A stretch of 64,000 nt of DNA from an uncultured Clostridiaceae bacterium (GTDB lineage: Bacteria > Bacillota > Clostridia > TANB77 > CAG-508), in assembly GCA_947642455.1 (NCBI GenBank), contig CANRSN010000001.1, forward strand, positions 20,773 through 84,772, in the 5' to 3' direction. The notes beneath the pieces were generated by a model. That model ran no database searches. It had not been told where the DNA came from and saw nothing but the letters and a program-made list of their open reading frames with translations. Numbering within the stretch: position 1 is the first letter of the stretch; each line of letters opens with the position of its first letter. Shown one piece after another: positions 1 to 10,266 of the stretch. The translations under genes were made by a program, and so were the position numbers.

Positions 1-153
1 TACAATTGTAGCTATACTTTCTAATTTTTCCCCCGTTTCATTCACGATATAGTTTACTAACTTCACAGAGCAACCTACAGTGTCGCCCTCTAAGTTTACT
101 TCATACAGATTTCCATTCTTAACTACTGTTGTGCTTGCATTGGTTAATCTCAT
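1..153 (-). CDS. Hypothetical protein, 5' part (runs off window start; MRLTNASTTVVKNGNLYEV...)
   Basis: ATG at 153 preceded by AAGGAGG RBS; open to position 1; not in the ORF track. Confidence 0.6.
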   Translation of the reverse strand, partial: MRLTNASTTVVKNGNLYEVNLEGDTVGCSVKLVNYIVNETGEKLESIATIV

Positions 154-241
154 TGTGATTACCTCCTTAATATATAGAACAATTTATGTTACTTCTTTTA
201 TTATATCAAAACTTGCTTATTTTTTCAATATTATTTGTATT

Positions 242-369
242 TTTAGTTTCGTATTTTTTTAATAGCAAGTTTTAGGCTATATTTAATAAATTTACACAGA
301 ATATTAATATTTGTGTATAGTATAAATTGAAGCCTAAAACTTGCTATTAAAAAAATACCGAAACTTAAA
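242..369. repeat. Palindromic element family A, 'empty' copy (outer arms as in 26484-26743, no GC-rich core)
   Basis: Arms TTTAATAGCAAGTTTTAGGCT / AGCCTAAAACTTGCTATTAAA; centre ACACAGAATATTAATATTTGTGT resembles fused inner arms of the 26484 copy. Confidence 0.8.
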
Positions 370-406
370 TATTTGTATCAAATTTTAAAATAAAGCAAAA
401 AAATGT

Positions 407-435
407 TTGACAATTGCAAAATTATATAGTATACT
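407..435 (+). promoter_or_regulatory. Sigma70-type promoter of the radical SAM/DUF4130 operon
   Basis: TTGACA-17bp-TATACT. Confidence 0.65.
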
Positions 436-464
436 ATTGCAAACAAAGTTTCGGAGGTCTTTTA

Positions 465-1784
465 ATGGAAATAATAGATAAATTAAAAATATTATCAGAT
501 TCAGCCAAGTATGATGCATCTTGTAGTTCTTCTGGCAGTAGGCGTAGTAATACAAAAGATGGTATTGGAAATGGAGATGTATCAGGTATTTGCCATAGTT
601 GGGGAGCAGATGGTAGGTGTATTTCGTTATTAAAAATATTAATGAGTAACTGTTGCATTTATGACTGCAAATACTGTATTAATAGATGTACAAATTCCGT
701 TCCACATGCTACATTCACACCACGTGAAATTGCAGACCTAACAATTAGCTTTTATAAAAGGAATTACATAGAAGGTCTATTTTTAAGTTCTGCTGTTATA
801 AAAAACCCAGATTATACAATGGAATGTCTTTATGAAACAATATACATTTTGCGAAAAGAATACAAATTTAATGGTTATATTCATGTAAAAACTATACCTG
901 GCTGTAGCCAAGAATTAATAGATAAATTAGGACATTTAGTAGATAGAACAAGTATCAACATAGAACTTCCTTCTGAAAACAGCCTAAAATTATTAGCTCC
1001 ACAAAAACAAAAAGCAGGCATTATTACACCAATGAGCTATATTGCAAAAAACATTTCAATATCTAACCAAGAAAAATCAATATATAAACCAAAGTTTGTA
1101 CCTGCTGGTCAAACTACTCAATTAATGGTTGGTGCAACACCTGAAACAGACTTAAAAATTATGAAACTCTCAGAAGGGTTATATAAAAAACTAAAATTAA
1201 AAAGAGTTTATTACTCTGCATATGTAGCAGTAAATAAAGATACCTCTTTACCTGCTCTAAAAGAGCCACCTCTGCTTCGTGAAAACAGGCTTTACCAAGC
1301 AGACTGGTTATTACGTTTTTATAATTTTACAATGGATGAACTACTTGATGAAACACATCCTAATTTTAATCCATTATTAGACCCTAAGTGTGACTGGGCA
1401 CTTAGGCACTTAGAATGCTTTCCTGTCGAAATTAATAAAGCAGACTATAATACTTTACTTCGAGTTCCTGGTATTGGAGTAATTTGTGCTAAAAGAATTA
1501 TTACTGCTAGACGTGAATTTCACCTTACTTTTAATGACCTAAAAAAACTAAGAGTTGTACTAAAACGTGCTAGGTACTTTATTACATGTGATGGCAAATA
1601 TTTCGACCAAATAAAATATTTTTCTCAACCTTTTATAGAAGAAAATTTACTTTTCTTAGAAAAAATATCATCTAGTAACATTTCTTCTTTTTCGCAAATT
1701 TCTTTATTTGATACTAATTCTTACTGTGAAAATTTGCTTCCAACAAAAGAAGATAAAGTGAAAAGCTTAACTGGCAGTCTATAA
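465..1784 (+). CDS. Putative DNA modification/repair radical SAM protein (TIGR03916-like)
   Basis: CxxxCxYC motif (CIYDCKYC), AKYDASCSSSG N-terminus, C-terminal HhH (LLRVPGIG); ATG at 465 after GGAGG. Confidence 0.9.
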   Translation: MEIIDKLKILSDSAKYDASCSSSGSRRSNTKDGIGNGDVSGICHSWGADGRCISLLKILMSNCCIYDCKYCINRCTNSVPHATFTPREIADLTISFYKRNYIEGLFLSSAVIKNPDYTMECLYETIYILRKEYKFNGYIHVKTIPGCSQELIDKLGHLVDRTSINIELPSENSLKLLAPQKQKAGIITPMSYIAKNISISNQEKSIYKPKFVPAGQTTQLMVGATPETDLKIMKLSEGLYKKLKLKRVYYSAYVAVNKDTSLPALKEPPLLRENRLYQADWLLRFYNFTMDELLDETHPNFNPLLDPKCDWALRHLECFPVEINKADYNTLLRVPGIGVICAKRIITARREFHLTFNDLKKLRVVLKRARYFITCDGKYFDQIKYFSQPFIEENLLFLEKISSSNISSFSQISLFDTNSYCENLLPTKEDKVKSLTGSL

Positions 1785-1844
1785 TATTGTAATATCAAAA
1801 TTGTTATATAATTGCATAATTTATATACATGAAAGGATCATAAT

Positions 1845-2621
1845 ATGTGTAAAAAAAATTTATTAAAAACCAATTCTTATATATATTTGTATGATGGTAG
1901 TTTCGAAGGTTTACTAACAATTGTATTTAACAGCTATATAGAAAAAGAACTTCCAATATCCATTTTCCCACAAGAAAATTATACTCCAAATTTATTAGAT
2001 ACAACAAAACAAATAAAAACCGATTTTGAAAAATCTCAAAGAATTTTTAATGGTATTGTAAAAAATATATCTTATTATTCTCTTCTATATGCTTATAATG
2101 CTTTTTTAAGCAATGAAATTAATAAAGAAATATACATAGTACAATATCTAGTAAATGGTTTTATAATTGGTCCTAGCATTAATACGATGCTTAGTATTGA
2201 CTTTGTAAATAAAGTACACTTTTTACATAGAAAAGTTTTTGGTGAAGCACACCGTCTAAAAGGTTTATTACGTTTTCAAGAAGTTGGCAATAATTTATTT
2301 TATGCTTCAATTCACCCAGATAACAATGTTATCGAAAACTTAGGGCAACATTTTATTAGAAGGTTGCCTACTCAAAATTTTATTATACATGATAAAAACA
2401 GAAATTTGGTATTTTTATACAATACAAAAGAATACCATATTATGTTGGCAGAAAATTTTAATATTCCTAATATAACTGAAAAAGAAAAAGAATATCAAAT
2501 ACTATGGAAAACCTTTTTTGATACTATATCTATTAAAGAAAGAAAAAATAGTAGGCTACAAATGCAATTTATGCCACAAAAATATTGGCAAGACTTAATA
2601 GAAAAAAACATATACATATAA
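1845..2621 (+). CDS. TIGR03915/DUF4130 putative DNA repair protein
   Basis: YDGSFEGLLT N-terminus, EAHRLKGLLRF, FMPQKYW; usual partner of the upstream radical SAM gene. Confidence 0.88.
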   Translation: MCKKNLLKTNSYIYLYDGSFEGLLTIVFNSYIEKELPISIFPQENYTPNLLDTTKQIKTDFEKSQRIFNGIVKNISYYSLLYAYNAFLSNEINKEIYIVQYLVNGFIIGPSINTMLSIDFVNKVHFLHRKVFGEAHRLKGLLRFQEVGNNLFYASIHPDNNVIENLGQHFIRRLPTQNFIIHDKNRNLVFLYNTKEYHIMLAENFNIPNITEKEKEYQILWKTFFDTISIKERKNSRLQMQFMPQKYWQDLIEKNIYI

Positions 2622-2659
2622 ATATATGATATTACAATTTATAGCCCAATACTTTATAA

Positions 2660-3598
2660 TTAAGAAATGTTCTCTCTCATTTCTTTTAATAATTTACAAC
2701 TATTATCCAATTTTTCTTGTTCCTCAGTAGTCATTTCTAGTTTAATAAGCTCACGTACACCATTCTTATTTATAATAGCAGGAATTCCGATATAAACATC
2801 ATTTTCTCCATATTCTCCATTTTCAAGATAAGTAGAGACTGTCAAAATTGCATTTTCATCATCTAAAATAGCACGAACTATTCTATTTAAAGACATTCCA
2901 ATTCCATAGTAAGTTGCCTTCTTTTTATCTATAATTTCATATGCAGCATTTATAACACCTTTATGAATTTTTTCTAAATCTTCCATAGGATATTCATTAT
3001 CTTTTAGTATATCAATCAATCTTTTACATCCAATATAAGTATGGTTCCAAGGAACAAAAGATGAATCTCCATGTTCTCCCATAATATAGGCATGCACATT
3101 TTTACTAGATACCTTTAAATAATCTGCAATTAAAAATCTTAATCTTGCTGTATCTAAAACAGTACCTGAACCTATAACCTTATTTTTTGGAAAACCAGAT
3201 TCCTTAAATACTACATATGTCATTAAATCAACTGGATTACTTGCCACAATAAAAATACCCTCAAAACCACTTGCAACTATATCTTTTGTAATTTGCCTTA
3301 TAATGTTAGCATTTGTTTCTGCAAGTTCTAGCCTACTTTGGTGTGGTTTTTGTGCTACACCTGCTGTAATAACTACTATTTCGGCATCTTTACAATCACT
3401 ATATTCTCCAGCTTTAATAATCATTTTTTGAGGTGCAAATGGTAAGCCATGAGATAAATCCATTTCCTCGCCTATAGTTTTGTCTTTGTCTATATCTATC
3501 AAAATAAGTTCATTAATTCCTCCCCTATTTAACATAGAATATGCCATACTCATTCCTACAAAACCTGTTCCAACTAATACAACCTTTCCATTTTTCAT
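2660..3598 (-). CDS. ldh: L-lactate dehydrogenase
   Basis: GTGFVG NAD-binding, NPVD, GTVLDTARLR, GEHGDS; start MKNGK after AAGGAAGGG. Confidence 0.95.
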   Translation of the reverse strand: MKNGKVVLVGTGFVGMSMAYSMLNRGGINELILIDIDKDKTIGEEMDLSHGLPFAPQKMIIKAGEYSDCKDAEIVVITAGVAQKPHQSRLELAETNANIIRQITKDIVASGFEGIFIVASNPVDLMTYVVFKESGFPKNKVIGSGTVLDTARLRFLIADYLKVSSKNVHAYIMGEHGDSSFVPWNHTYIGCKRLIDILKDNEYPMEDLEKIHKGVINAAYEIIDKKKATYYGIGMSLNRIVRAILDDENAILTVSTYLENGEYGENDVYIGIPAIINKNGVRELIKLEMTTEEQEKLDNSCKLLKEMRENIS

Positions 3599-3716
3599 AA
3601 TCAAATCCCTTCCTTTCTTGCTTCGCTCAAAGACACACATAGATATGAAAGTTTTTATTCTTTTAAAGTATATGCCACTCCCATATCTATGACTTCTTTT
3701 CACTTATAGTTCTTTA

Positions 3717-5471
3717 TTATATATCATATTTTTCCTTTTTGCTATACTTAGTATGTAAATATTTATGTGCAATATGACTTCCTGGTTCTTTCAAAAATTC
3801 ACTATAAATCTGTTTTATCACAAGATTTTGATGTGATTTCCTTATTGTACTTTTTTCATCTATAGTATAAATAGCATCTGCCCTTAATTTCCTTACATCT
3901 ATTGAAGCCCTTGTTTTTGAATTTTTAATAGGTTGACCTCCACCCATTACACAGCCCCCAGGACAAGCCATTATTTCTATAAAATCATATTTGCATTTCT
4001 TTTTTTCTTTATTATCTTCTTGAATTTGATTCATTATCTTTCTAGCATTTGCTAAACCACTTACTACTGCAACATTTATTTCTTTACCTGCTATATTTAA
4101 AGTTGCTTCTTTTGTTCCTGCTTCTCCTCTTACAGATTTATATTCAATTTCCTTTAAATCTTTATTCTCCAAAGTATCTGCTGCTGTTCTTAAAGCCGCT
4201 TCCATTACCCCTCCAGTTGTACCAAAAATGGCTCCTGCTCCACTTGCTTCTCCCATAGGATTATCAAAATTACTATCTTCTAAATGTATAAAATCAATAT
4301 TTGCTTGTCTAATCATTCTTGATAGCTCTCTTGTAGTTATTACAAAATCAACATCTCTTAACCCATCTACTTCCATTTCTTCTCTTGATGCTTCATACTT
4401 TTTAGCAATACATGGCATTACAGAAACTGTTACTATTTTATTTTTATCTATATTATATTTTTCTGCAAAATATGACTTTATTAATGCACCAAACATTTGA
4501 TGAGGTGACTTACAAGTTGATAAATGACCTAACAATTCTGAATAATTTTTTTCTGCAAATCTTACCCAGCCTGGACTACATGATGTTATCATTGGAAGTA
4601 CCCCATTATTTGTTACTCTTTGTATAAATTCATTTGCCTCTTCCATTATAGTAAAATCTGCTGCTGTATTAGTGTCAAATACTTTATTAAATCCCATTTG
4701 TTTTAATGCAGACACCATTTTCCCAGTAACATTCGTTCCTATTTCCATTCCAAACTCTTCTCCTAATGCCACTCTTACTGCTGGGGCTGTTTGAACTACA
4801 ACATAACTATCTTCATCTTTTAGTTTTGCCCAAACTTCATCAATATATTCCTTTTCTTTTAATGCACCTGTAGGACATGATTCTATACATTGACCACAAA
4901 ATGTACAATCTACATCATTTAAACTATGGTCATATGTTGTAGATATACATGAATTAAATCCTCTATTTATGCAATCAATTGCTCCTATTCCCTGTACATT
5001 TTTACAAGTTGCAACACATCTTCTACATAAAATACATTTGTTAAAATCCCTTACAATGGCAGGTGATTTATCGTCTATTTTATGTTCTGACATTTCTCCC
5101 TCATATTCTATTTTTTGAACATTAAATTTCATTGATAATGCCTGTAATTCACAATTTCCATTTCTACTACAAGTCAAACAATCTTTATGATGATTAGATA
5201 ATATCAAATCTAATATTATCTTTCTCGCTTCTAAAATCTCTGGAGAATGTGTTTTTACAACCATTCCTTTTTCTACTAATTGTATACATGATGTAGCAAA
5301 CCCTTTTCTTCCTTCTACCTCTACAATACACATTCTACAGTCTCCAACTTCATTTATATCTTTTAAAAAACATAAAGTTGGAATATCTATTCCATTTTGC
5401 CTTGCAGCATCTAGTATAGTAGTGTTTTCCTTAACTTCAATTTGCTTACCATCTATTGTTAAATTTATCAT
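3717..5471 (-). CDS. hydA: [FeFe]-hydrogenase catalytic subunit, group A (bifurcating type)
   Basis: H-cluster motifs TSCSPGW, MPCIAKKYE, EIMACPGGCVMGGGQP; N-terminal 2Fe-2S/4Fe-4S domains. Confidence 0.95.
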   Translation of the reverse strand: MINLTIDGKQIEVKENTTILDAARQNGIDIPTLCFLKDINEVGDCRMCIVEVEGRKGFATSCIQLVEKGMVVKTHSPEILEARKIILDLILSNHHKDCLTCSRNGNCELQALSMKFNVQKIEYEGEMSEHKIDDKSPAIVRDFNKCILCRRCVATCKNVQGIGAIDCINRGFNSCISTTYDHSLNDVDCTFCGQCIESCPTGALKEKEYIDEVWAKLKDEDSYVVVQTAPAVRVALGEEFGMEIGTNVTGKMVSALKQMGFNKVFDTNTAADFTIMEEANEFIQRVTNNGVLPMITSCSPGWVRFAEKNYSELLGHLSTCKSPHQMFGALIKSYFAEKYNIDKNKIVTVSVMPCIAKKYEASREEMEVDGLRDVDFVITTRELSRMIRQANIDFIHLEDSNFDNPMGEASGAGAIFGTTGGVMEAALRTAADTLENKDLKEIEYKSVRGEAGTKEATLNIAGKEINVAVVSGLANARKIMNQIQEDNKEKKKCKYDFIEIMACPGGCVMGGGQPIKNSKTRASIDVRKLRADAIYTIDEKSTIRKSHQNLVIKQIYSEFLKEPGSHIAHKYLHTKYSKKEKYDI

Positions 5472-5530
5472 ATTTTCCTCCTTTATAACTCTAATAAATG
5501 TTTAAATTACGCTACTGTTGTTCCTGCCAT

Positions 5531-7417
5531 TTACTTATTTATTGCCTTAAACGGGCATTTATCTACACAGGTGCCACATTTTATACATACTTCTTTATTT
5601 ATGTAATGAGGTTGTTTAACTTCTCCACTTATTGCATTTACAGGGCAATTTCTCTTACAAATTCCACAACCTTTGCATATTTGTGGATTAATTTGAAAAT
5701 CACATAATGCCTTACAATATCCTGCTGTACATTTTTTATATGAAACATGTTCAATATATTCATTCTTAAAATATTTCAAAGTACTTAGTACTGGGTTTGG
5801 TGCTGTTTGACCAAGTCCACATATTGCCGATTTCTTAATACTGTTCGCTAATTTTTCTAGTCGCTCTATATCTCCATCTTCTGCTTTTCCTTCACACATT
5901 TTTTCTAAAATTTCTAGCATTCTTTTAGTTCCAATTCTACAAGGTGTACACTTTCCACAACTTTCACTAACTGTAAAATCTAAATAAAATCTTGCAATAT
6001 CAACCATACATTTAGTTTCATCCATTACAATTAAGCCACCTGATCCCATCATAGAACCAATTTTAGCTAAAGACTCATAATCAATTGGGGTATCTAAGTG
6101 CTCTTCTGGAATACACCCACCAGATGGTCCCCCTGTTTGTGCTGCTTTGAAAGCTCTACCATTTGGAATTCCCCCACCTATATCAAAAACAATCTCTCTT
6201 AAAGTCGTTCCCATTGGTACTTCTACTAATCCTACATTATTCACATTTCCACCTAAGGCAAAAACTTTAGTTCCTTTTGAAGTCTGCGTTCCTATCTTTG
6301 AATACCAATCTGCACCATTTATTATAATTCTAGTAACATTGGCCAAAGTCTCAACATTATTTATTACAGTTGGTTTTCCAAATAGCCCTTTACTTGCTGG
6401 ATATGGTGGTTTTACTCTAGGCTGACCTCTTTTTCCTTCTATTGACTCTAAAAGAGCTGTCTCTTCTCCACACACAAATGCTCCTGCTCCCAATCTAATA
6501 TCTATATCAAATTCAAAACCTGTATCTAAAATATTTTTTCCTAAAAGTCCATACTCTCTTGCTTGAGCAATAGCTATTTTTAACCTTTTTACTGCAATTG
6601 GATATTCTGCTCTTACATATATATACCCTTGATTTGCACCAATAGCATAACCAGCTATTGCCATAGCTTCTAACACTGAATGCGGATCTCCTTCAAGTAT
6701 ACTTCTATCCATAAAAGCTCCTGGATCTCCCTCATCTGCATTACATACTATATATTTTTGCTCTGATTTCTCTTTTTGTGCAAAACTCCACTTTTTGCCT
6801 GTTGGGAAACCTGCTCCACCTCTACCTCTTAAACCTGAATTTGCTATTTCTTCTATTACATCTTCTTTGCTCATTGATAAAAGAACTTTTTCTATCGCCT
6901 TATAACCATCAAAAGCTATGTATTCATCTATATTTTCTGGGTCTATCACTCCACAATTTTTTAATGCAATTCTATTTTGCTTTTTATAAAAATTAAGTTC
7001 ATCTAATCTTTTTACTGTTGTCCCATCAACATCTTTACATAATAGCCTATCTACAGTTTTCCCCTCTATTATATGTGAATTTATAATTTCTTCACAATCT
7101 TCTGGCTTAACATGTGCATAAAATACATCTTCTGGTCTTATTATTACAATTGGTCCTTTCGCACATAACCCAAAACACCCTGTTTGTATAACTCTTACAT
7201 TTTCTATATGCTTTTCTTCTATTAATTTTCTAAAGTTTTCAATTATTTTTGGAGATTTTGAAGATGTACAACCTGTTCCTCTGCATACTAATATATGTTT
7301 TTCAACTGTATTTGCCTTTAAATTTACTCTTAAATCAAGCTCTCTTCTCTTTTTGGCTCTTATTTCTTCAATATCTCCAATTGATTTTACTTTTTCCACA
7401 AACTTCACTTCTTTCAT
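5531..7417 (-). CDS. hydB: NuoF-like NADH-binding hydrogenase subunit with N-terminal thioredoxin-like 2Fe-2S domain (start 7417 or GTG 7399)
   Basis: GLRGRGGAGFPTG, NADEGDPGAFMDR, ESCGKCTPCRIG, C-terminal 2x4Fe-4S. Confidence 0.93.
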   Translation of the reverse strand: MKEVKFVEKVKSIGDIEEIRAKKRRELDLRVNLKANTVEKHILVCRGTGCTSSKSPKIIENFRKLIEEKHIENVRVIQTGCFGLCAKGPIVIIRPEDVFYAHVKPEDCEEIINSHIIEGKTVDRLLCKDVDGTTVKRLDELNFYKKQNRIALKNCGVIDPENIDEYIAFDGYKAIEKVLLSMSKEDVIEEIANSGLRGRGGAGFPTGKKWSFAQKEKSEQKYIVCNADEGDPGAFMDRSILEGDPHSVLEAMAIAGYAIGANQGYIYVRAEYPIAVKRLKIAIAQAREYGLLGKNILDTGFEFDIDIRLGAGAFVCGEETALLESIEGKRGQPRVKPPYPASKGLFGKPTVINNVETLANVTRIIINGADWYSKIGTQTSKGTKVFALGGNVNNVGLVEVPMGTTLREIVFDIGGGIPNGRAFKAAQTGGPSGGCIPEEHLDTPIDYESLAKIGSMMGSGGLIVMDETKCMVDIARFYLDFTVSESCGKCTPCRIGTKRMLEILEKMCEGKAEDGDIERLEKLANSIKKSAICGLGQTAPNPVLSTLKYFKNEYIEHVSYKKCTAGYCKALCDFQINPQICKGCGICKRNCPVNAISGEVKQPHYINKEVCIKCGTCVDKCPFKAINK

Positions 7418-7494
7418 TTTTAAATTTCTTTTTAAACATATTCCATTTATTAATGTCAAATATCCATAAAATTCTAAACACTTTTAAACTAAAT

Positions 7495-7995
7495 TTAATT
7501 TTTCTCTTTTTTTATAATATCATCTACAACTTGTTCTAATTGCTTTACAGTTGCATTCCCATATACTTCATCATTTACCATAAATACTGGTGCTAATCCA
7601 CATGCACCTACACATCTTAATTCATCTATCGAAAATAAACCATCCTGTGTGGTTTGACCAGATTTTATATTTAATTTTTCTTTAGCTCTTTCTAATAAAC
7701 TTTGTGAGCCTTTTACGAAACATGCTGTTCCCATGCACACTGATATATTGTATTTTCCTTTTGGGGTAGTTGTAAATCTAGAATAAAATGTAATAACTCC
7801 ATATATTTCTGCCATTGGAATTGATAAATAATTTGAAATCTCAATTTGCGATTGTTTTGGAATATAACCATATTTCTCCTGTATGTCATTTAATATTGCT
7901 ATTAAATTGTCTTTTTGTTTAGAATAATTTTTTAGTATTTCATTTGTCTCTTTTTTCAGTCTTTGCTCTACACATTTTTCACATCCTTGCTCCAT
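7495..7995 (-). CDS. hydC: NuoE-like 2Fe-2S hydrogenase subunit
   Basis: VCMGTACFVKG, RCVGACGLAP. Confidence 0.93.
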   Translation of the reverse strand: MEQGCEKCVEQRLKKETNEILKNYSKQKDNLIAILNDIQEKYGYIPKQSQIEISNYLSIPMAEIYGVITFYSRFTTTPKGKYNISVCMGTACFVKGSQSLLERAKEKLNIKSGQTTQDGLFSIDELRCVGACGLAPVFMVNDEVYGNATVKQLEQVVDDIIKKEKN

Positions 7996-8058
7996 GTATA
8001 CCTCCTTTTATAACTTTTATTTAATATTATTTTCTTATTTCGAAAAAATTACACTTTC

Positions 8059-8087
8059 ATTATAACAAATGTCGACTTTTTTCGCAA
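8059..8087 (-). promoter_or_regulatory. Sigma70-type promoter of hydCBA(-ldh)
   Basis: Minus strand TTGCGA-17bp-TATAAT with extended TG. Confidence 0.6.
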
Positions 8088-8103
8088 CACAATTTTTTAG
8101 TTT

Positions 8104-8326
8104 CAGCAAAAAAGAGTACAATGTGTTACAATTCATAGATTGAAATTAGAAGCCAATAGGCAATATAATATTTATTTTGCGAAGTTTTTTACTGGCTTCG
8201 CCAATCGCCTAGGGTCACTTCTACTGTGGGAGCTTCCCTGCGCAAAACTTCTAAAAATAAATATTATATTGCCTAGATAGATAATTAATATCTATGAATT
8301 GTAACAAATTGTATTCTTTTTTGCTG
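8104..8326 (-). repeat. Palindromic element family A, full copy (core 8181-8251, reverse orientation)
   Basis: Outer IR CAGCAAAAAAGAGTACAAT.TGTTACAATTCATAGAT, inner IR AGGCAATATAATATTTATTTT, shared GC-rich core. Confidence 0.9.
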
Positions 8327-8423
8327 TTTTAGTTTTTGTATTTTTCAAATCATAATTTACATAATTTACTTTTTTTTCAAAAAAGTGTATAATATACTTA
8401 AATAATCTTTAGGAGGTACTTAT

Positions 8424-8603
8424 ATGTGGTATTTAGCTCTAATATTTATTAACATTTTTTATGTCGCTATATTATTTATTGCAATTCAAGCTCTCCGTGG
8501 TATTTTTCCCACATTTGGTAGTATTTTTCTTTTTAGTAGCTGGCAAAATATGAAAGCCACAGATATTCTAATTTTTATTGTTTTACTTTATCTTTTCTTC
8601 TAG
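8424..8603 (+). CDS. Small hydrophobic membrane protein, 59 aa (MWYLALIFINIFYVAILFIAIQ...)
   Basis: AGGAGG RBS, ATG 8424, TAG 8601-8603, two hydrophobic stretches, followed by terminator; below the ORF-track cutoff. Confidence 0.65.
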   Translation: MWYLALIFINIFYVAILFIAIQALRGIFPTFGSIFLFSSWQNMKATDILIFIVLLYLFF

Positions 8604-8634
8604 TTACATTAATATAGGAGATTAATAAGTGCCT

Positions 8635-8661
8635 AATTCCCGCTGTTGTTCAGCGGGAATT
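8635..8661. terminator. Bidirectional intrinsic terminator
   Basis: AATTCCCGCTG-ttgtt-CAGCGGGAATT between convergent genes. Confidence 0.75.
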
Positions 8662-8664
8662 TAT

Positions 8665-10101
8665 TTATCTACTTTTTTTATCTTCATCTCTATGATTTAC
8701 TTTAGCTGCATCATCTCTCATTTGTTGTTCTTTTGATCTTGTATCTTTCCAAGTCTCTACATATTGTTCATTTCCTAACATTGTTTGTAAGTCTGAATAT
8801 TTAGCTGGTACATTTTCTGTTAAATATCTATATTGTTCATCATTTAATTGTCCATTTGCCTTAATATTATATAATCCTTCAATGTTAGCTTCAATATTTT
8901 GAGTTTTTCTATGACTTTTCTTCTCTCTTACTGTTTTTTCAAGTATACTATTATCCACAGTATTTTCTCTATATATTGTTTTTATACTTTCTTGTTTTGT
9001 ATCCAATTCGCCTTTTTGATCTGTAAAAGAACGTGCATATTTTGTATTTTCAACTTCATATTCATTATTTTTTAAATCTGTTATTTTTACACCTTCTGTT
9101 ATATCAGTAGACCATCCTTTTGTACTTGAATATATTCTGTTTGCTTTTATTCCAGATACTTGATTATCTGTTATTTCTGTAGTTTCTCTTAAATTTTGTA
9201 ATGCCTTTTCTACATCTTCTGATGTTTGAATACTTTTTCCTCCAGTAGCATAATCAACCATTTGCTCTAATTCCACTAAAAGACCTGGCTTTGATAATAT
9301 TTGTTCACTTACTCCTAACTCTTCTAATATATTTCTTTTTAAAATATTTTGATCTGTTATTATTTCTGGATTTAATTTATTTTTTTCATCTGTATACTCT
9401 TCATAATCTTTTTTCAAACTATTTCTAAATTCTTGTGCTCTACTTACTGGATATGGATGTTTAACATGATCCTCCATTATTACAAGATTAGTATCATAAT
9501 TTTCTTGTGAATATCCTTTTTCCTCATAATCCCACTGCTTAGTATTATAATGGTCATCTTTCATCATATCCATTGTAATATCTCCATTATAAATTCCTGG
9601 TTGTTTCTTTGTTTTTGCTCTATATACAATATTTTCAAGTTTAAACTCATTATTTTCATTTTTAAACTGAGATTCTCTATTAAACACATATTTATTAGTT
9701 GAATTATTTTTTTCATCTCTATTTATTCGTATAGAAGTACTGTTTCTTATTAATTCATCGTTTTCTCCTAACTCCATTTGTTCTAAGATACAATCATTTT
9801 TATTTCTCCTTGTAATCCCTAAAACCATATTCCCTTCTTTAGATACCTCTATTTGTTTTCTACAAGCATTTAATGCTTCAGCAAATTGTTCTTGATTTTG
9901 TATTTGATTTATATCAAAATTTTCAACAAGCCCTAGCATTTGTACTAATGTTATATTACTTTCTTCATCTGTTATTAGCTTCTCATTTATTCCTAAAGCC
10001 CTTAATATGTCTTCATTTGTATAAACTTTTCTTTGTGCATCTGATTTACTAGCTATTTGTTCATCTTTATTTTGAAATATATTTTTAAATAAACCTGCCA
10101 T
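8665..10101 (-). CDS. Hypothetical protein, 478 aa, with internal two-domain duplication
   Basis: Long ORF with RBS; no recognised motif. Confidence 0.8.
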   Translation of the reverse strand: MAGLFKNIFQNKDEQIASKSDAQRKVYTNEDILRALGINEKLITDEESNITLVQMLGLVENFDINQIQNQEQFAEALNACRKQIEVSKEGNMVLGITRRNKNDCILEQMELGENDELIRNSTSIRINRDEKNNSTNKYVFNRESQFKNENNEFKLENIVYRAKTKKQPGIYNGDITMDMMKDDHYNTKQWDYEEKGYSQENYDTNLVIMEDHVKHPYPVSRAQEFRNSLKKDYEEYTDEKNKLNPEIITDQNILKRNILEELGVSEQILSKPGLLVELEQMVDYATGGKSIQTSEDVEKALQNLRETTEITDNQVSGIKANRIYSSTKGWSTDITEGVKITDLKNNEYEVENTKYARSFTDQKGELDTKQESIKTIYRENTVDNSILEKTVREKKSHRKTQNIEANIEGLYNIKANGQLNDEQYRYLTENVPAKYSDLQTMLGNEQYVETWKDTRSKEQQMRDDAAKVNHRDEDKKSR

Positions 10102-10266
10102 AATTCTTCCCTCTTTCTTTTAAATATGGCTTTATTATAGCAAATACAAATATTATTGTAAATATTTAACTAATAATGTAATATAAATGTAATATAAGTT
10201 TAATACTTCTGTAATTCACTCTTTATAAATGATATTGTATAATAGAGTTAATCTAAGGAGAAAATT

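Noticed and set aside
395-453. LexA (GAAC-N4-GTTC) boxes upstream of the DNA-repair radical SAM gene
   Set aside because: Only weak multi-mismatch similarity in AT-rich DNA
3599-3703. N-terminal extension of LDH in the ORF track
   Set aside because: Intergenic hairpin region; RBS supports start at 3598
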